From NCBI GenBank assembly GCA_023334545.1, contig JAADVB010000074.1, positions 8,302-72,301 on the forward strand: DNA of 64,000 nt. Direction: 5' to 3'. Both the position numbers and the translations under genes were made by a program. Under the pieces are notes generated by a model. It ran no database searches. It was given only the letters and a program-made list of their open reading frames with translations, and was not told the DNA's origin. Within the stretch, counting starts at the first letter, position 1; each line of letters begins with the position of its first letter. The stretch comes from Salisapilia sapeloensis CBS 127946. Its lineage: Eukaryota; Protista; Oomycota. This document shows positions 48,821-59,945 of the stretch, in pieces.

Positions 48821-51800
48821 CTACCTGTATTCTTTATCCTTGAGCAGCGTGTCTTTTAACGCCTCTAGTTCTTCTTTCCACAACTGAGCTGGCGTCTTGT
48901 TCCGAAGTGTCTCTAACTTCTCTACTCTATGATCATGATCCGACTGCAATCGCTCAGCATGCTCCTTGGTAAAGCTCATCAAGGACGTATTGAGCAGGTA
49001 GTCATACTCGCCCGTAATATCCACTGGTGTCTCTTGGTCGACAAAAGCAGATTGAGGAACAAATTCCTTGTCCTGAAGCATTTGCACTAACTCTGCCTTG
49101 GGTGTCTTTCCTTGCAAGACCATCGACAGTTCTCCATCGGCGACTTCACGGATGAATCGAATACGGTTCTGGAGCTTACTCAAAGCTCTGGACATCTCCG
49201 ATTCTTGATATTCCTTCCTCTCCTGATACATTTGAAGACGCACGGGGAAGAAGGAACGTAAGATATCTTCACTCGAGTTCAGCTTGATCAACTGTCCAGA
49301 TGCATCGAACGCATGCATGTTGCTCGTGCTGATCCCAGATTCTAGCTTGAACATCTTCACAAGTGCTTCGTTCGTTGCCTCTGGTGTGTCTTTCGTGAGT
49401 CTCGTGACGTCATTTCGACTCATGGATATATCAAAGCGAACATCTCGTTCCGAATGATGCTCGGCAAAGGACCGAATGCTCTTCTTACTGACCAGATCGA
49501 GTAAAAATTTCTTATAGTCTTCCACCCACTTTCCAACCGGTAGTTCGGAAATACGAATGGTAGAGGTATTCACGACCTGCGCTTTGCCCTGGGTCGTAAA
49601 CGTATTCTGTCCAGTCTGGACGATACGACCAGTGAAACCTTTGACCCATGGAAGCATCTCATCCAACTCGACACTGTCCAATGGCTCTTCTCTATCGTTT
49701 GCATCTAATAGTTTTAGTAGGTTGTCAATGATCTGGACTGGATGATGCGTTGGAATAGATGACGACCAGCCAGTGCCGATGCCATCAGACCCATTCACAA
49801 GAAGCATCGGGAGCGTCGGAACGTAGTGGACAGGCTCGACGGGGTACCCATCGTCATCAACGTACGAAAGCAATGGCTCATCTTCTTCCGGGAAGAGCAT
49901 CCGTGTGTGCTTCTGAAGCATCGTGAAGATGTATCGAGGGCTAGCAGCATCCTTGCCACCCTGCAGTCTCGTTCCGAATTGTCCAGACGGAAAGAGGAGC
50001 GGCAAGTTGTTCGATCCGACATAGTCCTGCGCCATGTTCACGATCGTGGAGTGCAACGATGCTTCACCGTGATGATAGGCTGTGTGCTCACTACAGTACC
50101 CAGCTAGCTGAGCTACCTTGACTTCACTCGAAAGCTTTCGCTTCAAGCATGCAAACAAAACTTTACGCTGCGAAGGCTTGAGTCCATCCACAAGTGACGG
50201 CAGAGAACGATAGTTGTCTGCGTGACTGAACTGGATAAGCTCTCTGTCGACAAAGTCTTTGTAGTTGACATGCCCACTACTCGTGTCTAAGAACGCATCG
50301 GATCGATATACGTTCTGGAGCCAATCACGTCGGTCCGGAGCTCTCGACTTACTAAACACCATCTCTAACTTATCTCCATCTTCCTCTCCAGACCAGTGGA
50401 AGTCCACGAGATGCTGTGGCAAGTCGGAAAAGTAGGCACGACCTTCTGTACTGGTGCTCGTTCCAAGACCCTTGTAGTACTTGATGGAGTAGTTGGACAC
50501 TTCAGAAGGGTCGAGCTGATCTCTCCATGACATGTACTCTGGCTGACTAAAGAAGCGGAGACTGTTCTCTTCCTTCTTCTTCCCCTTTCGAGGCGTCACT
50601 TTGATGATAGGAGTTATGAATTCACTAATAAAGTTGGGCGTTTGCAGTAGCTCCGGCCAGAAGGAATGGAAGAGGTTGAACAAGAGACCTTTGATGTGAG
50701 ACCCGTCGTGGTCCTGATCGGTCATGACAATCACTTTACCGTATCGAAGCTTCGCCAAAGCTTCCGGCGTGTCGTACTTTTGTCCGATCTGGAGACCGAG
50801 GATAGTGCATAAGCTGGCGAACTCCGCGTTCTTAGCTAGCTGAGCATCCGTAGCATCTCGAACGTTTAGCAACTTTCCACGCAATGGGAAGACACCGTAC
50901 GTATCTCTTCCAACGACAGCTAATCCAGCCACAGCAAGTGCTTTTGCAGAGTCTCCTTCCGTCAGGATGAGTGCACACTCGGAAGATCTAGCACCGCCGG
51001 CCAAATTCGCGTCTTCCAGCTTTGGAATATTAACCGTCGTCTTATTCCGGTTAGAAGATACTTTCTTCATCAAAGCTGCTCGTTGCTTTGACTTGGCACT
51101 TTCCACCACGCGTTCAACGATGCCAGAGCTCTGGATAACGTGCTTACTGAAGCGTTCGGATAGAACGCAGGAAGAACCGTAGGTTGTCGGACGCGAAGAC
51201 ATGTATTCTTTCATTTGAGAGTCGAATGTAGGGTTCTCAATCAGACAATTGACGAAGAGAGCCAAGTGAGGCTTGACATGAGCTGGTGTCACCGACAACT
51301 CGGAATGCTTCTTGTTAATGTGGTCTGCGACGCGACGACAGATTTGATCCGAGACGTAGTTTACGTGCGTGCCGCCTCGGAGAGCAGACATGCCATTGAC
51401 GAAGGACACTTGGACAAAGCCGACGTCCGATGGTAAGACACCGACTTGCCAACGTTTATTCACTTTGGTATAAATGTACTCTGCACCATCTTCACCTGCA
51501 TCCTGTACTGTAGAGTGTCGGAAGGAGTCCACGTAAGACTCAAAGCCAGACAGTGGGATCTTTTGACCATTCAATGTGACGTCGACGCCGGAGAGACATC
51601 CAGCTACGTCCACGACGCGCTTTCGAAGCACGCGCTCCATTCCTGTTGTCAACTTTTCCATGTCGAAACGAGACAAGTCAGGGCAGAAAGACACTTTGGT
51701 AAAGTCCTTTGGTGTACCGGTCTGCTCTGAGATCTCGGGCTCTCCTCTTTCTCTCATGTTGTTACGCCACGTCTGTTGGTACAACTTTCCAGACATCGCG

Positions 51801-52564
51801 TCTCCAGTTTCAACGGTAAATTCACTAGAAAAGATATTCGTAAGCTTAGCTCCGTAGCCATGGCGACCACCAGTAAGTCTTGCACTCGAGTCATCAAAGT
51901 TGGAGCCTGTGAGTAAATGACCAAGCACCAGTTCTGGCACGTACACTTGTTCCTGTTTGTGATACTTAATAGGAATGCCTTTACCATCATTGTAAATAGA
52001 AATCCATGGACGATAGTTGTTGTCTTTAGATCCGGCGTCAATGACCACGTCGAGGTGCTTCATGTTCGTGTCTCGAACTTTGTTGTCCACAGCGTTCACG
52101 ATAATCTCGTCAAAGATTTTGTACATTGCAGGGACGTACTCGACAGCTTTTTGCTGCATTTTCATGTCTTTAGGCTTGGCATTGCTTGAGAGAGAAGCAG
52201 GAATCCACATCGTGTCTTTCGTTGGTTCGACAGACCCAATGTACATACCAGGACGCAATAAAACGTGCTCCAGTGGCGTTTTCTTTTGGTAGATGGACTC
52301 AACGCTGTCCTCTAGTGATGTCGAATTCCATCGCTTTTGTTGCACAAGCGAAATAGAGGTAGGAAGTGGCTTCTGAAGCTGATGTATCGAGCGGAGGTGA
52401 GTGCTGGAGCTCTGTTTGGAGCTAGAGTGAAGGAATTGGAAGCGTGTCGCTTGTGGGACGCAAGCTTGGGCAATACGCTTTTCGGTCGGCTGGGTTGCAT
52501 GCGTCTGAATAGGCTGTAGGGCTCGTGCAGTCCGCCGACGTGCTGCTGACGCACATCGCCACAT
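48821..52564 (-). CDS. TOP2: Type IIA DNA topoisomerase, intronless, probable mitochondrial targeting peptide, no long C-terminal tail
   Basis: HVLLRPGMYIGS, DEIIVNA, GGRHGYGAKL, EGDSA, PLRGKLLNV, MTDQDHDGSHIKG, YYKGLGTS, catalytic ASPRY. Start taken at MWRCASAARRRTARA. Confidence 0.96.
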   Translation of the reverse strand: MWRCASAARRRTARALQPIQTHATQPTEKRIAQACVPQATRFQFLHSSSKQSSSTHLRSIHQLQKPLPTSISLVQQKRWNSTSLEDSVESIYQKKTPLEHVLLRPGMYIGSVEPTKDTMWIPASLSSNAKPKDMKMQQKAVEYVPAMYKIFDEIIVNAVDNKVRDTNMKHLDVVIDAGSKDNNYRPWISIYNDGKGIPIKYHKQEQVYVPELVLGHLLTGSNFDDSSARLTGGRHGYGAKLTNIFSSEFTVETGDAMSGKLYQQTWRNNMRERGEPEISEQTGTPKDFTKVSFCPDLSRFDMEKLTTGMERVLRKRVVDVAGCLSGVDVTLNGQKIPLSGFESYVDSFRHSTVQDAGEDGAEYIYTKVNKRWQVGVLPSDVGFVQVSFVNGMSALRGGTHVNYVSDQICRRVADHINKKHSELSVTPAHVKPHLALFVNCLIENPTFDSQMKEYMSSRPTTYGSSCVLSERFSKHVIQSSGIVERVVESAKSKQRAALMKKVSSNRNKTTVNIPKLEDANLAGGARSSECALILTEGDSAKALAVAGLAVVGRDTYGVFPLRGKLLNVRDATDAQLAKNAEFASLCTILGLQIGQKYDTPEALAKLRYGKVIVMTDQDHDGSHIKGLLFNLFHSFWPELLQTPNFISEFITPIIKVTPRKGKKKEENSLRFFSQPEYMSWRDQLDPSEVSNYSIKYYKGLGTSTSTEGRAYFSDLPQHLVDFHWSGEEDGDKLEMVFSKSRAPDRRDWLQNVYRSDAFLDTSSGHVNYKDFVDRELIQFSHADNYRSLPSLVDGLKPSQRKVLFACLKRKLSSEVKVAQLAGYCSEHTAYHHGEASLHSTIVNMAQDYVGSNNLPLLFPSGQFGTRLQGGKDAASPRYIFTMLQKHTRMLFPEEDEPLLSYVDDDGYPVEPVHYVPTLPMLLVNGSDGIGTGWSSSIPTHHPVQIIDNLLKLLDANDREEPLDSVELDEMLPWVKGFTGRIVQTGQNTFTTQGKAQVVNTSTIRISELPVGKWVEDYKKFLLDLVSKKSIRSFAEHHSERDVRFDISMSRNDVTRLTKDTPEATNEALVKMFKLESGISTSNMHAFDASGQLIKLNSSEDILRSFFPVRLQMYQERKEYQESEMSRALSKLQNRIRFIREVADGELSMVLQGKTPKAELVQMLQDKEFVPQSAFVDQETPVDITGEYDYLLNTSLMSFTKEHAERLQSDHDHRVEKLETLRNKTPAQLWKEELEALKDTLLKDKEYR

Positions 52565-54568
52565 TTGTTGCTCGATTTTAGTGGCAGCAAAATTATTGCT
52601 ACATTTTTGTAGGAAACAAAGTAAAACTATCGTTTTTGCAATAAAACAAGCATTTATAATGCTTATAAACATGAGAAGTACGGCTTATTGCTGCAGTGGC
52701 ATCCTCTTCGTACCATCACTAGCCGACATATTCCGTGGCTTTGGTACGCATGTACATGGATTGCCACGAATTGGATACACATTCGCACGATAGCCCACTC
52801 ATGTGCTTCACGCACTTATCTCTAGGCATTTCCCAGTTATAGCAAGATGAATTGATAATTTGCCGTCTATCGAGAGCTTTAAAATGCGCGTATCGAGCGA
52901 CACGGCTTGACCCGAATATTAAAATTGTATATTTTAAACCTTGGCGTCTATGTTGATATCAAACAAGCCCGTAGGCTTGTTTGGTACCGCTCGGATCTTT
53001 GGTTCATCGAAACCTCTACTATACTAGATCGGGGACTTGTAAAGATTTAAAAGGCTTTTGATATCATTTAAGCATTATAAGCATTCTTAAGCAGTAGCTC
53101 GACCGGTTTGAGAATAAAGATAAATTGCTTTAAGTGTACGCTAGTAATGTGTCGGGCGGAACAAAATCGCAACTGCGAATGCGTAGCTTTTGGTATGCGT
53201 CGCGATCTGAGATATGGTATAGAATGAGTACTAGAAGCTAGCAAAGCAATCAGTCAAACAATTTCCTACAATGTCAAATATCTTGCGCGCTTCGTACCGT
53301 AGGTAGCATATAGTAGCGAATAAAATCCTAGTGCCAATAAAGGCAAAGACTTGCATCGTGCGGATGGTAGTCAACTCGGGACCAAACACCCTGTCGTGCG
53401 TGTCATTATTATCATCATGTTAGCTTGGAGCCAAAACGTTGTATTTATGGTACCAATACTCTTCGAGTTATAGTCGTAGTTTTTGGCACCAAAACTACCA
53501 GAAAGTTTAAAGTCGAGCATAGCGCTCCGAAATTTCCTTGACGACTTGGCGTTGGAACTGGTGTCAACATCATTATGAGTGAAAGAAATAGCGGTACTGA
53601 CGACCCACAAATTAACAAAGTCCAAGGTAAGGACGCCAGTGGCCATCAAAGCGTTCCAGTACTTCACTAATATTAGTCTCACAGCGATTTAAGCGATGGA
53701 GATAAACAAGCGGCACAAGATCAAGAGGCAGTTTGGCACACTATGGTTCAAATAGCTACCTAATCTAGTTTCCGGTTTTCCTCTGACCACAGTCTCTAGT
53801 CTTAGTGCGTCTGCTGTTGCGTCAGAGTATACATTTGGGGCCTCGATCCTAACTGACATATCTATTGTTGCTTCGTTTGTTTTACTTCCGGATTGGTCGT
53901 CGGCAGTACTTAAACCTCTTCATCAGTGATACTCGAACGAAAAGTTTCATTAGTGGCGTCAATCTTGCCAAAATCCCTTCTTAGGTTGTAGATTTACCTA
54001 TGCTTGGTATAAATTCAAAACACCTCTGGAGGCGGCTTTAAATAATTTTAGATCGGGAAGCAACTTTTTAAAAGACATCTTGCTCACCATTTCAGCATAA
54101 GCTACAAATACAAGCAACTGAATCTGCTCAGTGCCGTAGCTTTAAACGAACCGACAAATGAAATTCAATTCTGCTTTAGCTTGAAGCGATCGCCTACTTA
54201 AAATCAAAAGTCAATTTTCAAACTTTGATACCTGTAATGAATGTGTCATTTATTTTGTAAAGCTACGTCTCAGTCCTCTTGTAAGAATGAGTACTTTTAC
54301 TCGCTCGCACCAAGGTAATCCTCAACTTCCACGTTTCTAACAGACTACATGACCAAATTGATTTCGAGTTTATTTACGATCGCTAAGGTACCGTTGTCAG
54401 CTTACGATACTTGTGACTCTTGGCTTAAATGTAAAAGTGAATTCACATTAGACTAACTACTCTATCATTAGACATAGCTCGTCCAGACGTCCTTATTGGA
54501 CCAGAACTTCAAGGCCTCAGATTTGGTCCTACCTTCGAGTGTCATCTCTGTTCAATATACAGCGGCAA

Positions 54569-55651
54569 TCAGGGGGCGGCAAGAAGATGCAGTGTTTTCA
54601 TATACGCTTCGCCAGCACTATCCGGTGCAACATCAACATCAACATCCCATCGACTACTATCCTCGTCTCTCTCCAGACCCAAATGGGCGTATCGATTAAT
54701 AAAGTCCCAAACTGCAGTCACGCGTACGGCGGAGTCGACCGTATATGGATTACAATAAGCAATCCCTCTACTCATTATCCCAAAAACCTTGTTATTGAAG
54801 AGAATGGGACCGCCTGAATCCCCTTGACAGGATTTCTGGTATGTGCCTGTATAACATATGTGGCTATTTGACATCCAAAACCCAGTGCCCTTTTGCAATG
54901 CTTCATTTCTAGTCGGTAGTCCCATCTCCGATTTACATTCTTCAGTAGTTAAGATCGAAACAGTTCCTGTCAATAAATCGTTCGATGGCTTTCCAGCTTC
55001 AGAAGTTAATCCCCATCCAAAGACCTGTGCTATCTCACCAGCCATATCATGTGTATCTTCATCCGGGTGGGCTAAAGTAGCAAAATGGCGGTACTCTTCA
55101 GCCACTTCCTTGCTTAATTCTAGTACTGCAATATCCCAAATCTTGTTCGTTCTATACTTATACTTTTTGGGGATGTACATTTTGGTAACTTCGATTACTT
55201 GACCTGATGACCTTGATGAACTATATTGCAAGGAATGAACTCGCGCGCGTATATACTTGGTATGAGAAAGTGTGTTTTCTTGTTCGCCTTTCAAAATCAT
55301 ACAATGTGCTGCAGTAAGAAGGTATTTTGGAGCAATCAAGACAGCTCCACACATTCTCCATATAAGGTTATTGTACTGATCTATTTTTGTCAGGATTCGA
55401 AGCGAAACCATAAATGGGGCACGATTTATATGGGTGACTTTCGAGCCATGAAACACTCGATTTTCTTCATCAAGAGTCATGTTCATAGAGGTAGCATTGA
55501 CAGCTTTGTTAACTTTGCGTTGGAAGTCTAATGTTATCGAGCGAACGTCGTTCGGCTGGGGGCTTGCAATAATTTCTTTGGCGGTGAAGACTGATTGAAG
55601 CAATAACACCAAGGTTGCTATTGATCGAGTAGAAAGTAAGCACATCTTCAA
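54569..55651 (-). CDS. Secreted S1A (trypsin-fold) serine protease with intact catalytic triad, intronless
   Basis: Signal peptide; CGAVLIAPKYLLTAAHC (His), DIAVLEL (Asp), CQGDSGGP (Ser). Confidence 0.93.
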   Translation of the reverse strand: MKMCLLSTRSIATLVLLLQSVFTAKEIIASPQPNDVRSITLDFQRKVNKAVNATSMNMTLDEENRVFHGSKVTHINRAPFMVSLRILTKIDQYNNLIWRMCGAVLIAPKYLLTAAHCMILKGEQENTLSHTKYIRARVHSLQYSSSRSSGQVIEVTKMYIPKKYKYRTNKIWDIAVLELSKEVAEEYRHFATLAHPDEDTHDMAGEIAQVFGWGLTSEAGKPSNDLLTGTVSILTTEECKSEMGLPTRNEALQKGTGFWMSNSHICYTGTYQKSCQGDSGGPILFNNKVFGIMSRGIAYCNPYTVDSAVRVTAVWDFINRYAHLGLERDEDSSRWDVDVDVAPDSAGEAYMKTLHLLAAP

Positions 55652-55679
55652 AGCTGTTGAACGTTTGTCGTCGATCCGT

Positions 55680-55696
55680 GCAAATGAAAAATGGCA
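55680..55696 (-). promoter_or_regulatory. Probable INR+FPR core promoter of the protease
   Basis: Minus strand TGCCATTTTTCATTTGC about 45 nt upstream of the ATG. Confidence 0.45.
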
Positions 55697-56563
55697 GGAT
55701 CAAACTCTGCAGAAACTCTAGAAACTTATTATTACATCATCCAAGGGTAGAGCAGAAACAATCAAGTCTACATTGGATCCTCGGTCTTCGAATAGAACCT
55801 GATCCGATGGAAGTATATTTGCGGCATATTGCTTTGTGACTATCGATGCACTCAACTCCGTAAAAAAGCTATATCACATGTCTGACTACCTGTAAGGGCT
55901 GCTATTGAATAGCAGCCAGCTGGTGTTGCCGCTATGAACCGAGCTTCACACCTTTTATTCTATTACTATTCAAAGTGCATTACCCATTATGAAGCTGCTC
56001 GAGTCAATCAAGTGACAAATGCAAGGTTGTGGTGGAATCAAGGGTACAAGTTCCAGTGCGATTCATGTCATTAAGGGGTTCGAAGTCAGAGGCTAATAGC
56101 AGCATCGAAGGTCTGGAGAATTTGAATCCAGCACTATAAAATGTACAGACTAATTAGAACGAAGACCTTACTAGCCTGGAATCTAAATCAATAGTATACT
56201 CTTTCTACTCCATTTCCAAAAGTAGACAATCTTGATGATCTTATTCCTCTTGTAACTTCGAGAAGCTTAGCGTGCTGTACCGGTAACCTGGTTATATTTG
56301 GCATTTAGAACTCCCGCAGCGATAGCCATGGTCCTGTCTTGGTCCTATAATTTGTATCTACTGCCTGTGTCATGTAAGCATTTTCTTATTTAATTTTATA
56401 ACCATGCATATTTATCGAAGTAATCGATCTTCATGGTCCAGTTTATATAAAGTTTTAGCACGCAGAGATTTACATTGAGTTTCCATCGATGGCTTTAAAG
56501 TCACGCTTTAAATCGAACCGCTTAATAATATGCAAAGATTTCGTTGAATGATATACAGGTAAA

Positions 56564-59500
56564 CTAATCTTCATCTTCTGCTGGATCTTCGCTTCTGGTT
56601 GATGGTGGTCGTAGGTCTTCTTTCAATACTGGAGCAGAACTGCTTCGACTGACACGGCCAATTTCACTATCTCTCTCAGATTTGTCATAGCCGTCATGAC
56701 TTGCTTCATTCGACGCTGCTGTCTTCCTAGATGGAGACGCAATAGGTGGAAGTTTTCTAGCCGATGAAAAAGCTGGAGAGCATTCGAAACCACCTGCTCG
56801 ACCATTCCACTCCAATTCTTGTTTTGCTAACCGCTTTGCTTCCTCCAATTTCTGTCTTCTTTCCATTTGCACCTTCTCTTTGTGGCGTTTTAAAGCGGCT
56901 GCAGACAAGGGTCGGCGTGAGAACAAGAGCATACTGCTATCCTTGCTAGCTGATGTAATTGCTTTGCTTTGCGTCTTGCTTTTTATTGCTTTCATATCAA
57001 GTTTGAGCGGTGTTTTCGACTTGCCACTTGCTTTAACTTGCTTAGCATCATCTTGAGACCTATCTAGATCCATAAATTCTCGTTCAATGAAGGGATCAAC
57101 ACGGCATTCCGTTTGGTTACGGACATCGACGAGACAAACTGTTTCGACACCAATGTATCCGGTCGTGTCTTTTGTATCTTGGAGATTCGTACTGGTAATT
57201 TGAGCCTCAATGGTGCAGTTGTCTACTGAGGTCGTACCGAGAGCCTCAATTTTTCCTCCAGCATGAATGTACACGTGCTTCACACGTTCGCTTCGTTCTA
57301 ACGCTTCTGCTAAGACTCGAGTTCCATCCTGTGTAATATGATTGCTTCGAAGATCCACGAGCCGGAGCTGGCATCCGGAGTTACCTAACACAGCAGCAAT
57401 TGCTCGAGCTCCTTCATTCGTGATTGTGTTTCCTTTTAGATGCAATTCTTGAGCGTTAGATGACCCTCGTAGTATTGCTGCAATAGCATGAGCTTCCTCA
57501 TCGCCGATTCCATTATCGTCCAATTTAATCGAGTTCATATTTGAATCTAAAACATTCAGCTGCTTGGACTTCATTTCGTGAACATACCGCAACAGGGTTT
57601 TCCTTTTTGCATCTTCTTCGATAGTAACTCGATCTTGTACTAGCTTCACTTTACGAGACAAATGACTCATACGATCTTCTGTCGCTGTTATTTGATTGTT
57701 CAAGCTACCAATCTTTTCATGCAGCTCCATCATATCGCTGAGGTAAATTGCTATTCGTTCTACCAACAATTGTTTCGTGTTCATACTCTTTTGAGCACGC
57801 TTTAAAAAAGCATTGATCCGAATTTTGTCGATAAATTGCACTGATTGCTGGTAAACGGAGCTTTCAAGTTTAGCTTTACGAGCCTTGAGCACCATGAGAC
57901 CAGCATGGCTTGCTTTGCTTTCAATGTAAAAGCGGGAATTGGCAAGAAGAGCAGTGTCGTCATCACTTCTGTCTGCCTGGTACTGTCCATCTTGATTGCC
58001 ATCTAGTCCTGCAAGCCCGGCATTTTCGGCTGAAGCTACAAGCTCTGCCAATTGCTTTTGCATCGCCATCGTTCGAATCTTTTGAGCGTCCAGATCATCT
58101 TGTTTTGATCGAAGTGCTTCTGTCATAACCCGGTTACTCTCTGCAGTAGATATAAGCTTTTGTGTTGCCTCAGCATTCTTCTCCTGCAGCGTTACGATTT
58201 GAGCGTACATTTTCTTCATCTCTTCCTTTGTTACAATCTTTGCTTCCTCATCCGCTTGCATCTTGTTCAACAAGAATGCAATCCGGCTACTCATAGTCTT
58301 CAACTTTTCTTCCAAGTCTTTCTTGATCTCTGCTTCCTTTAACTTTGCTTTCACTTCTTCACTGCAGCGATTACTTAGCTGCTGGTTGTGCTTTTTAAGT
58401 GCCTGGATCTGTTCCAGTTGCACCTTTTTGTCTAATTCTGTCTTAACGCGAGCTTTCCCTTCCTCTGTGCTCTCCTTTAAGAGTCTCGCATTCTTTTTCT
58501 TCAGACCGACCATTTCCACTTCCTTTTGTTTCAAAGCATCGATCGCTTTGGTTTTACCTAATTCGGCTAATTTCAATCGCTCCAAAAGCTGGAATACTTT
58601 CTCCGCCATCTCCCGGAGCTGCTCTGCTGAATCTCGACTTTCATTCTCCAATCTCAAACGCTCTTGTTCACACTTCTCTAGCTGTTGCTGCAAATCATTC
58701 TTGGCATTTATCAGTTTTGCGTTTTCAGCTGATAAATTCTTATTCGCCTCCACTTGTGCTCGCTTTGCAGTCGATTCAAGCTGAAGTTGCATTTCCAGCT
58801 CCTGTTCACGTTCATGTAGCTTACGATACTTTTCTTCCAATGCGCTCAAGCGATCTTCACTTTGGCGCTTGGCTTCTTCTTGTCTTTGCATCTTCTCCAG
58901 TAACTGATACTGCTTCTCCTTGCGAACACGAAGCTGTTCTTGCAGAGCTTCTATCTCGACTTGTGTTTTCATCTTGTATTCGGTGCTGCAAGCTTCAATA
59001 TGGTCTCGATCGTTCCGAAGGATACGAACTTCTTCTGCTCGTAACTGACTCTCCTTTGTTGCTCGAATTGCAATCTCCTCGTGTGTTTTAGCCGCAGCCA
59101 TAAGCGAAGCATGGCGAGACTGAAGTCCATCCAGGTCACTTTTCGTTGTCGTTAATTCCTTCGAGTAGTTTGTGGATTGAGATTCTTCTTTCTCTAATAA
59201 GCGCAGTAACTCTGTGTTATGATCCGTCAAAGTTTTCATCTGTGCCTCTCGTTCCTCTGCACCTGTCTAGCTTGCATCATGTTATCAATCAAACGCTGTA
59301 ATCTTGAAGGAAGCGAATATAAGTAGCCTACCTGCGCTTTCTGCATGTTTGATTCTGCAGCTCGAGCTTTACTCTGCAGCTCAAAGTTCTGATCACGCAG
59401 ACTTCGATTTTCGTCTTGCAGGTGAGCTCTCTCATCCTTTAGTGCTCCAATTTCATCATCCATTGCATTCAAAGAGGTGAGCAAAGTCTTGTTCTGATCC

Positions 59501-59577
59501 GTCAGTATTTTCAATTGTTCATCTTTCATCGCCAATGCCTCTCGAGCACGAGTGTCCTTATTGCCTTTGGCTTCCAT
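56564..59577 (-). CDS. Large coiled-coil protein with C-terminal RNI-like LRRs, 2 exons
   Basis: About 600 aa of E/K/Q/R heptads, then IKLDDNGIGD, LHLKGNTITNEGA, VDLRSNHITQDG. An intron at about 59267-59333 links ORF 59236..59577 to ORF 56564..59239. Confidence 0.85.
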
Positions 59578-59945
59578 AGATTCTACTATACGTGTAGCTT
59601 CCGTCGGCTATGCAATTGTACATGTCGTTAATATAAACGTGCATGAATACACTATGACATTATACGGATGTGTACCTGATAATCATCCATGGTGACTTTA
59701 CCACTCTTTCCACAAGTTTATCTCGGAGGCTTGATCAAACTGGTGATTCAGACTTTGTTAATGTGATAAGGAATTTGTTGTTAGAAGCTTTAGTGCGATC
59801 TATATTTATCGGCAAATGTGATGATTGAAATAAACGACTTAAGAAGAGAATATTTGGACGGAGATTGGTGAGCTCTCCGACAGGATAACAATCGTCGTGT
59901 GTAGATAATTATGATGTTGTATTTGCTCGGTGGATTGGTACTATC

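Noticed and set aside
48821-52672. Many antisense and alternative-frame ORFs over TOP2, the permease, lipases, GSTs and the AAA ATPase
   Set aside because: They are shadows of strongly coding genes, with no domain signatures of their own.
52565-52672. Upstream in-frame extension of TOP2 (MFISIINACF...), and similar extensions of the GST (24826), esterase (29760), DCAF13 (8963) and START-FYVE gene (21521)
   Set aside because: Family N-termini, signal or transit peptides and core-promoter positions point to the downstream ATG.
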